Positions 52,261 through 64,000 of a stretch of 64,000 nucleotides of DNA are shown piece after piece. Position numbers and translations under genes: made by a program. Under the pieces are notes generated by a model. The model was not told where the DNA came from. It saw nothing but the letters and a program-made list of their open reading frames with translations, and did no database searches. The stretch lies in the NCBI GenBank assembly GCA_964016885.1, contig OZ024746.1:20460001-20524000 (forward strand), written 5' to 3'. Source of the DNA: Eledone cirrhosa. Its lineage: Eukaryota. Numbering within the stretch: position 1 is the first letter of the stretch; each line of letters opens with the position of its first letter.

Positions 52261-53900
52261 TGTAAAAGGTAAACAGAAAAAACAACACAATCGGTATAGT
52301 ATATATATACATATAGATTACATATTAAGGTAATATTGCAGAACACACAATATAAATACAAGGAAAACAGCAAATATACAATAGCAAGATCATCATACAT
52401 CCAACATATACATATGCAATATTAATATCTATAATATCAACAACACATATAAACATATAGCGATACTAACATATACAATAACATTGAATTATACTACATC
52501 ATTGATATATGCATCAATATCCCAACGTTAATATAAGAAATAAATTATGACCTTCTCCTAGAAATGCGAGGCCTTGTAGTAATGTGAGAAGTCAATTCGA
52601 GAGGTACTCAAGTGGTAAAAACGTTAAAATTCCCGATTAAATGTCGTTCAATATTTCTGTTTATCTAGGCTAGAAATTCAAATTTGCCGGCAATTGACTT
52701 GGAATCGAATCAATTCACTATTCCGAACTCTTAAAAACTGTGGTCTTGTGCAGATGTAAGAAATACATATTTTTGTAGCAATACGAGGTCATTTAGTCCG
52801 GTCTCTTCACGTTCTAAATTCAAATTCCAATAAGATAGGAACTTACTTTGCCTTTCATCATTCTGGTGTTGATAGAAATAGGAGGAAATCGATCGACAAG
52901 ATCCCAGACCTCATTCACTTACCGAATGGGGTGGAACCCGTCAAATCGGACTAAGGAAACAATGTTTCCATTGGTCTTTCCATTGCTGATACTATCTACC
53001 GGTCGCAACTCCTGGCAGAAAGAACAACGAGAAATAACGTGTCTTGTTGAAGAAGACAACGCATTGCCCGGTACGAGAATCGAACTCGCAACCCCACGAT
53101 TGCGAATTCAGTTTTCTAACCACCAAGCTACACGCCTTCACTTGATAAAAACAAGTATTAGTAATATACTGGAAGTTGATTTAATCGAATAAACTCCAGC
53201 ATTATATGTTACAAGACCTTACTGGCATAACCATATAAATGTACTTTAGGAATTTAATATCTATCGATTTCTTTAATATCTATTGATTTCTTACGTAAGT
53301 ATTGTGCTTCAACTGGTAGTAGTGATGTCGATAACCGAGTCTATAGAATATTGGATAAGCTAGCAGAAGTGTACGCTGTTCCTCTCCTGTCACCGGCATC
53401 ATATCGTGACCATGTCACTATGTTTACAATTTCACCGGTTGAGAAATGTAAAATTGACGAGTTATTTCGTTAGCTCGCAATGTAAGGAGTATGATCTCCT
53501 GGGATTGACGTCGCATTATAAACACTAATAAAGAAATCCGACTATTAATTTTATACTCATAACTTGAAAGAAAAATGAATTAGCAGCAGTATTAAGAACT
53601 GCAGCAAGACGATATCGTCAAGAATGAAAAGGCATATCTTAATTTCATATGATTTGAATACCTCATTGTGAATTCGATATCATATGAATGGCTCTTAGTT
53701 TCTCGAGAAAAGAGACTTTGTTCTGTTTAAGCGTCTATAGGCAATTCTATTATTGAAACTAATTAGATTTACTGAGGATGAAAAATGCGATTCTGTAACT
53801 AAGTGAAGATAAATGATTAAAACAAAGTCTCGAGACCATGTCACAAATTCTACCCCTCCCTTCTCTCTCTCCATATATACAGTATATATACATGTATATA

Positions 53901-53943
<43 letters not shown>

Positions 53944-54068
53944 ATACTTTGGGAGGGTCATGTTGCCAATAAGAAACACACGCACCAGTTGCTTTCACTT
54001 CAATTTATTATATATTTATAAATTTATAAATTTACAAATCTACAAACTTATAAATTTCTGGTTGGTTG

Positions 54069-54934
54069 CGGATTTGGTACGGGTGATGAGAAATGTGTCC
54101 CGCATGTGCAACCCCGAAGAACTAGAGAGACACATACAACACTTCATCCACCGTATGCAGTTCTCTGGCTACAATCAGAGAGATAGAATCAGAGTGTATA
54201 AAGGAGCCAGAACCAAATGGGAAAAAATGGTAAATAATGACATAAATGGGACCTGCCCCTTGTATAGGAGCAAATTTTGGAATAGAATAGAAAGAACTAG
54301 GAACAAGGCCAATAGAATAAACTCATGGTATGATAGCAATAAATACCAGAGTGTAATGTTCATCAATACAACCCCTAGAGGCGAACTAGCCTACAAATTT
54401 AGAAGGGCCCTAAATAAACATAATCTCAATATTAAGATAGTAGAAAGACCTGGTACCTCCGTAAAAACACTTATTAGCAAGACATACCCGTTCCAAAGAC
54501 CCTCATGTATAGATAAGAAATGTATAACCTGTAAAATAAGCCCCCATATTAACTGTAAAACTAGAAATGTAGTGTATAGCATAAGATGTACTGAAGGACA
54601 ATGTAGAAACAAAAATATAGTGTACATAGGTGAGACAGCTCGTAGTATAGGGGAACGAATAAATGAACACTGGCGAGACCTCCAAGATAATAAAGAATCA
54701 TCTGTGCTCTACCAACATGCTAAGATAGAACACAGGGGTAGATTAGAGAGCATAGAAATAAAAATAGAATCCACGCACAGAAAAGACGCAATGTTTAGGC
54801 AAATTACAGAGGCAGTAAGCATAAAAGAATTAAAACCAAAATTAAAATTAAATAGAAAATATGAGTGGAACAGCAACATCCACATAGGACAAAATGAAAA
54901 CACACACAAAATGAAAACACACAGGACAAAATGA
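54069..54934 (+). pseudogene. PLE ORF fragment: RT C-terminal/thumb region, Cys-rich linker, GIY-YIG endonuclease
   Basis: RMQFSGY...CIDKKCITC...CKTRNVVYSIRC...C..IVYIGETARSIGERINEH...HAKIEH...RQITEAVSI...LNRKYEWN; frame open to stop at 54934. Confidence 0.85.
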
Positions 54935-55123
54935 AAACACACACACACATAGAACAAACAACCAACCAACAATAAATAAATAAACAAATAGAAAAATGAA
55001 CACAAACACACACAGACACCCGGATGTGGCACATGCGCAAACTGAGCACACAACACACACACAGAAACAAAATGGCGTAGGATAGAAGAAAGAAAAGGCA
55101 CAGAAACGAAGAAAGGAATCCCC

Positions 55124-55168
55124 AGTCACTGAAGAGGTCACAGAGTGTGTGACGAAAGGACTATGACT
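55124..55168 (+). ncRNA. Minimal type I hammerhead in the PLE 3' region
   Basis: AGUCA-CUGAAGA-gGUCACA gagug UGUGAC-GAAA-GGAC-UA-UGACU. Confidence 0.7.
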
Positions 55169-55424
55169 ATATATATAAACAACTATCTGGTTGTGGAACC
55201 AACCAACCAACCAGAAATTTATAAGTTTGTAGATTTGTAAATTTATAAATTTATAAATATATAATAAATTGAAGTGAAAGCAACTGGTGCGTGTGTTTCT
55301 TATTGGCAACATGACCCTCCCAAAGTATAACAATATCGGTTTCAACACACGATTTCAGATAAAGAATCTTGCTAAACAAATTCAGAAACGAAATATATAT
55401 ATATATATAGTTTTAATATAGATG

Positions 55425-55475
55425 AGATTCTACAGGACTAGAACTGTTTCATTCTTTAGAAATCATCAGGAATCT
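55425..55475 (-). ncRNA. Type I hammerhead (family X, most intact copy)
   Basis: AGAUUC-CUGAUGA-uUUC uaaa GAAu-GAA-ACAG uucuaguc CUGU-A-GAAUCU. Confidence 0.65.
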
Positions 55476-56102
55476 GGGTATCAAAAAATAAGTATGGTAT
55501 TTATACAAGTGGTAGGAGAGGGTTGATAGAAAAGGGAATTCATTAAAAGCTAATTCTACAAAGCTATAGTTTATTTTTATTTTTATTTTTATTTATTTTT
55601 GTTTTTAGAGTAACAAAGGCAGACAGAATTCTATAAACAGGTTCAGGATGGCATGCCATTCCTTATTATTAAGTTTCTCTTAAGCTAACAGGTGTCTATA
55701 AGATCAGTGGGGGGTCAGTCATGGTAGATAGATTTAAAGGAAAGGGAGATTCTTTAAAAGCTAAAATCATTAAGGTTCTACTAAGTGACAAAGGTTTAGA
55801 GAATTCTGTAGACAAATTCAGAATATTAAGTGCATATCTTACAATTATCCTCAAATTACTCTTAAACTATTCAACTATATGCCAAAAAACAACAGACACA
55901 TTCACAAGACACACTCACTCACACACTCGCGCGCACCCATAAACACACATACACAGACACACATATACACAGACACACATATAAATATATTTATATATAT
56001 AAATATACACATACATACACATACATACACACACATACATACACACATATGTACACACATATATATATATATATACATATATACATATATATACATATAC
56101 AT

Positions 56103-56159
<57 letters not shown>

Positions 56160-56446
56160 CAAATAACGAAACGAAATTAAATTTCGCTTCGTTTGTAACT
56201 CACTTTTGTATGACTGACGCTTAAACAATTAAGTTAAAAATGTACATCCACATATGTATACTGAAATATTAGTATGCATATGAATACACACACGTGTACA
56301 TATGTAGATGTACCGAGTTTTTCACTGGACACTTTACTGTGAGTGTTCAGCTATTCTGTATGTAAACACACAGACAAACCGGTTTTTAGAGTCATACTGG
56401 TTTTCGAGGAAACACCTTTCCTCTATTCTCCAGAAAGCCAGACAGG

Positions 56447-56491
56447 AATATTGGACTAGTTTCGATGTTGTTACATCTCATCAGCAATATT
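56447..56491 (-). ncRNA. Canonical minimal type I hammerhead ribozyme (family D)
   Basis: AAUAUUG-CUGAUGA-GAUGU aaca ACAUC-GAAAC-UA-GUC-CAAUAUU; stem I extends to 56425-56518. Confidence 0.85.
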
Positions 56492-56519
56492 TACCTATTC
56501 CGGCCTTTCTAGAGAATCG

Positions 56520-58015
<1,496 letters not shown>

Positions 58016-58343
58016 GGTGGCTGCCAACTCGTTTTCGAGTACGGCCACTACTTTATATCCATGTAGGAGAACCCCTACCGATGCGCTGAACGAGTGTGAC
58101 TTTTTAGTCGAGCCAGCGACTTGAAAACTCTGGTACAAACACTACACTTGTGACAATTACTGACACATAGTGCTGGGCCCATGGTACCATGTGACGACAA
58201 GTGCAGAGAGATCTCCAGATATAAAGCAATGCCTGTGCCGTGAAGCTTTTATAGTGAGCAAAGGCACTGCACAAAGCCAGTCCCACTCTCTTAACCAAGA
58301 TGATATTTACCAAAAAGAAGAACAAGTCAACACACACATATAT

Positions 58344-58415
<72 letters not shown>

Positions 58416-58641
58416 ACACACATACATATACATATATATACACACATACACACACATACCCATATACACATGTGCACACACACACAAACATACACATACA
58501 TATACATACACATACATAAACACACATACACACACACACAAATATATACACATACAAATAAATAAGTACTCAATAAATATACGCATATACGCAGGCACAT
58601 AAAAACACCTCTACAGGCAGAAAATGTAGATAGGTAAGAGC

Positions 58642-58768
58642 CTGATGATTTCTAAAGAATGAAACAGTTCTAGTCCTGTAGAATCTCATCTATATTAAAA
58701 CTTTTATACTCTGCAATGTATTGAGTACCTTACTTACTGTGGTTACCTCCGATTCAACCCGGAATAAC

Positions 58769-58770
<2 letters not shown>
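58642..58770 (+). mobile_element. Family X hammerhead-containing 3' terminal repeat ending in (TA)n
   Basis: ctgatgatttctaaagaatgaaacagttctagtcctgtagaatctc...cccggaataacg(ta)n; shared with 31066-31166, 46205-46345(-) and 55410-55475(-). Confidence 0.7.
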
Positions 58771-58834
<64 letters not shown>

Positions 58835-58861
58835 ATGTATATATATATATATATGTATGTG

Positions 58862-58939
<78 letters not shown>

Positions 58940-59103
58940 AAGTGTGTACGTCCCAAGGCAAATGACCAAGACAATAGTTGAAAAAGTCGGGTAAAGTACC
59001 TTTGGAGACTGGCGAAAACTCAAGTATATGTATACATATGCGTGTGTGTGTATACAGGTAGATAGCTACAGATAGCTGCTAACCAATCATCTATCTTGTA
59101 AAT

Positions 59104-59183
<80 letters not shown>

Positions 59184-59185
<2 letters not shown>

Positions 59186-59727
59186 TCCCCAAAACAAATA
59201 ATGTATGGAGAGCTGTTGCAAGACAAACACCTGCAATGCAAGCCACACAAGCGTGAAAGATACTCTGAAGAAAGTCAACATCAACATGGAAACATGGGAA
59301 AATCTTGCAGCAGTGGCGAAATCTCATTGTTATCGGTATTAAGGAATTTGAAAAGAAGCAGAGAAACAAAGCTGAAATGACAAGAACATCAAAATATATT
59401 GGGGAGGTTATTCCACTCTCAGAACGTGGTTTGAAAGAGACTCTTACTTGTGAGGGATGCGGATGTGTGTGTATGTCAAAAGCTGAACTACTAAGCCATA
59501 GTTAACATCATACTCATGGAAATAACACCTTTAAGTAACTTTTACACATGTGGTATCTGTACGAAAGTGTGTCACTCTGCAGGTGGACTAACATGGCACT
59601 ACAAAGTATGCCACGTCAAACTGAAGTAGGCAGGAAACATACCTGCACACTGTGTAGTATGACATGTAAGTCACTTCCTGATTTGATGAGCTACCTAAGG
59701 CGACATCAACGACAGCAACATCAATAA
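59184..59727 (+). mobile_element. Degenerate RTE-like LINE 3' end with C2H2-like zinc fingers
   Basis: Broken frames LPKQIMYGEL..., CEGCGCVCMSKAELLSH, CGICTKVCHSAGGLTWH, CTLCSMTCKS. Confidence 0.55.
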
Positions 59728-59920
59728 TACGTTTTGGCCAATGTCTTTTTTTGTCTCAGATGTGGCCATTCTCGGATACGAACTGACTTCCTCTATAGTA
59801 TATACAGCGTCTATTGCTTTGTAGAAGGTGGTTAATTTTTGGGGAAAAGATTAAGACCGATCTCTGACGTGCAGTTAGTATGAACTGTGTACCGATATAC
59901 TTAGAAATACATACGATGTA

Positions 59921-60248
59921 ATAGTGGGACCTCGGTCCACGAGCTTAGTTCATTTCTGAAGGCCGTTTGTCAACAGAAATGTTCGTAAGCCGAAACTATT
60001 TTTCCCATACGAAATGTTGAGAGAAAAATACGAGAAATGTGTGTGAAGGACAGATAGAAATTATCATAATATCTAAATACAACAAATGACACTTTTCCGC
60101 CGACACTCCAAGCTTGTCGCCAACCGTTGTTGCCGACTTGCGTGTTCGTCACTCGAGACTCCGTTCGTTTTTATGTCCAGAAAAATTGTTCGTGAACCGA
60201 TTTGTTCGTTCGTGATGAGAGGCGTTCGTGAATCGAGGTTCCACTCTA
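59921..60248. mobile_element. Tigger/pogo-like MITE
   Basis: agtgggacctcggtccacga / tcgtgaatcgaggttccact terminal inverted repeats. Confidence 0.6.
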
Positions 60249-62064
60249 TTACTCAATTACAGTCATGGACAAACTGCGGCTCGTTTGGCTTTCTGAATGG
60301 CCCGCCTAATTCCAAAATTGCCTTGAATATTTTAGTAGTGCAGCCCGTCATATGATAAGCCACACCCTATGCGGTCCACTGCTCGAAAAGGGTTACCCAT
60401 GCCTGCCCTATTACGTGTTTCAGCCGACAGGCTGAGGCCATGCTGGGGCATCACTACTGTATTTTTATATGTAATATGTTCTGTTATTAGATAATAAAAT
60501 ATGAAATTTGATATATTAAACATTGCATATTATATTAATGGATATATTGTTGTATTATATTATTTTATCATCCCATTGTATTATTGGATATATAATATTA
60601 TCTGAAAAAGAAATTGACCAATAAACGATGAATATTATGAAATATAATATAGCGAACATTTATAATAAAAAGTATATATAAAACTTCGTTATCAACATTA
60701 CATTCATTGCATTCTTCTTCTTCTTCTTCTTCTTCTTCTCAACCGTCACCGCCACCACCACCACCACCGCCACCACCACGACCCCACCACCGTACCACCA
60801 CCACCACCACCACCAGATACCACCGCACCAACACCACCGCACCACCACCACCATTACCATCACCACCACGATCATTACCATCACCACCACCACCGCTGAT
60901 ATAACAAATAAATTGTACTTAAATTTTATGCGATCATATCGCGAAAAGTTAAAAAAAATAGAAACATTTGAAATAAGATTATTTGTTTTTTGTTGTTGTA
61001 GTTGTTTGGTTGAGTTCATATCCAATCTTTCATCCTTCCGAGTTTTATAAATAAAATATAGCAATGAGGGCAATATAATATTCTTATAAATCATCCTAGA
61101 TTAGAACGGGTTATAATAGTAAATGTATTTCTAATATTGTGGAGGATGAAAAAAAAACAAACAACAAAACAAAACAAAAACACTAAAAAAAGCAAACAAG
61201 CTTTCGAATTGAAATAGAAATAGAAGCTACGTTCTAACATTGACTACAAATTGTTTCTACTTTTGGCACAAGGTCAGCAATTACCCAGTACATTATTAGT
61301 ACTTTATTTTATCGACCCCGTAAGGATGAAAGGCAAAGTTAACCTTGGGGGGATTTGAACTCAGATCGTAAAGGGACGTAACTATGCTGGAAAACATGGC
61401 GTCCGACTCTCTACCTATACTGCTAATCCACCGCCCTTAGTCTAATAATTGTTTCTACTTTTGGCACAAGGCCAACAATTATTCCAGTGTATTACTGGTA
61501 CTTTATTTTATCGACCCCATAAGGATGAAAAGCAAAATTAACCTTGGCGGGATTTGAACTCAGACCGTAAAGGGCCGTAGCTCTTTGTCGCAAAGCATGC
61601 CGTCCGACCTTCTACCGATACTGCCAATCCACCGTCCTTAGTCTAATAATGAGGCGTATAAACCCACGGAACGGAAAAACAGGGTATCAATTTTAAATTC
61701 GTTACGGCTCTCTGCTCTCGTGAGTTCATATCTTGCCCAGGGTCAACTTTGCCTTTGATCTTTTCGATGTCGAAAAAAAGTACCAATGTGTTATTGGGGG
61801 CGATTCTTCCTCTATATCTCTTTCTCACTATCTCTATCTCACTTTCTATCCTTCACTGGAAGAAGTCTGTTGTATTCTGACCTGGAGAGGAGATGGGCTC
61901 CGCCAGGCTTATAATGTATAAGACGGGAGTTACAAGAACATACATACAATACTAGAAATATAACACAAATGCGGAGATATTACAGGGGCTACAAATGAAG
62001 ATCTGTTACTCAGAAATAGGATATGTCAATATGGCGGTCCTATAACTCCATCAGGAGTTACGGA

Positions 62065-63165
62065 ACCACACCATATCATACCATACCATACCATACCATA
62101 CCATACCATACCATACCATACCATACCATACCATACCATACTATACCATACCATATTATACCATATTATACCATACCATATTACACCATACCATACTATA
62201 CGATATCATACCATATCATACCATACTATACCATACCATACTATATCACACCATACCATACTATATCATACCATACCATACTATATCATACCATAGCATA
62301 CCATACCATAGCATACCATAGCATACCATATCATACCATACCATACCACACCATACTATACCATACTATATATCATACCATACCATACCATACTATACTA
62401 TACCATACCATACCACATCATACCATGCCATACCATACCATACTATACCATATTATATCATACCATACTATACGATATCATACCATATCATACCATACTA
62501 TATCATACCATACCTTCATATATCATACCATACTATATCATACCATAGCATAGCATACCATACCATACCATATCATACCATACCATACTATACCATACTA
62601 TACCATACCATACTATATCATACCTTACCATACCATACTATACCATACCATATCATACCATACCAAACTATGCCATACCATACCAAACTATGCCATACCA
62701 TATTATACCATACCATACCATATTATATCATACCATATCATACCATACCATACTATATCATACCATACCATACCATATCATACTATACCATACCATACCA
62801 TACCATACCATATCATACTATACCATACCATACCATACCATACCATACCATACCATACCATACCATACCATACCATATCATACTATACCATACCATACCA
62901 TACCATACCATACCATACCATACCATACCATACCATACCATACCATACCATACCATACCATACTATATCATACCATACCATACCATACCATATCATACTA
63001 TACCATAGCATATCATACCATACCATACCATACTATATCATACCATACCATACCATACCATACCATACCATACCATACCATACCATACCATACCATACCA
63101 TACTATATCATACCATACCATACCATATCATACCATACCATATCATACCATACCATACCATACCA
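62065..63165. repeat. (ATACC)n pentanucleotide satellite, ~1.1 kb
   Basis: Direct reading; explains the YHTIP ORFs. Confidence 0.97.
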
Positions 63166-64000
63166 ATAGGTTTGGATAAAACATTTCTCTTTAATCAAAG
63201 TCATTGGTGGGGGATGGTTTATGCTATATAATACGTTCCATTGCTCTTTTACAGCCCTGTGACACGATTCCTTATCTTTAGTAGATTTAAGTACATTTAA
63301 TGTACACGTATATAACACCGGTATCTGTGATATGGCACATACTTATAACCTATAAGTTGAGCGTTGAGATTCTTCAAACTAAGAATACATCAATACAAAT
63401 TAACAGCCGAACTTTTCATCTAACAAGTCGAACGATTCATTTATGCTAGAAGACAACCAATAATTAAAAATATAAAGTCCCCCCCCCCCCCCCAAACCAA
63501 AGGCAAACTCTCACCACAGAATAAAATAAAGAAGAAAAAAAAAAACATTAAAATAATAGATTACATCTATAATAGATCTCTAAAAGGAATACTTGGAAAC
63601 TCTCGTATACACTTATTTCCAAATTGGATTTCGATATTTTAGCCACATTCCATTATAAAATTGAACTAGCTAACTCTCAATTCAATTGTTTTATTTATTT
63701 CTATTTTTTTAAATCTGTCAACACCAATCAGAATCTCTATCAGAATCGACACTCATAGACAGAAGAGAAACTAAGAAAAATATCAAGACCAACCAACAAA
63801 ACATACTTAGGCACTCTATATCAAAAGTATGATGTTAGCTAGAAAACCAGCTGCAGCCTTTGTGTCGTCACTTACAAACTCTCACGTTATCTCTATGCTA
63901 TAAAAATATATTTGTCTGTTTTAGTTTATTACAATTCCCATTTAATACAATGTCTAAAAGATCAAGGCGGTGAATTGGCGGAGTGGTTAAAACGTCGGAT

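Larger units (their letters stand above)
53936..55336 (+). mobile_element. 5'-truncated Penelope-like retroelement with inverted 133-bp pseudo-LTR ends
   Basis: 53936-54068 is the reverse complement of 55204-55336; internal ORF carries GIY-YIG; hammerhead in 3' UTR; left end abuts (TA)n. Confidence 0.9.

Noticed and set aside
53813-54068. N-terminal part of ORF 53813-54934
   Set aside because: Read-through of flanking DNA, (TA)n and the inverted pseudo-LTR; not part of the real PLE protein.
62023-63169. YHTIP-repeat ORFs
   Set aside because: Translation of the (ATACC)n satellite.

Overview
Eukaryotic (animal) genomic DNA that is AT-rich, intron-containing and dense in microsatellites and SINEs. 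The repeat landscape suggests a coleoid cephalopod such as octopus (inference). Two spliced genes converge tail-to-tail in the first 21 kb: a 2-exon THAP-domain + Harbinger/PIF-type transposase-derived gene (+, 2910-7115, catalytic triad degenerate) and a complete 16-exon MCM5 (-, 20618-8993, 731 aa) with E2F sites at its promoter. The remaining ~43 kb has no recognisable host gene and consists of SINEs, MITEs, LINE/hAT remnants, Penelope-like element (PLE) fragments and simple repeats. The main unexplained signal is a set of type I hammerhead ribozyme motifs from about six unrelated sequence families, most with a palindromic minimal stem III and most next to (TA)n tracts. They include a non-coding ~560-bp tandem-plus-inverted, retrozyme-like element carrying three identical hammerheads (37981-39378) and a GIY-YIG PLE with a 3' hammerhead and 133-bp inverted ends (53936-55336). 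All structures were read by eye; no folding or database search was run.
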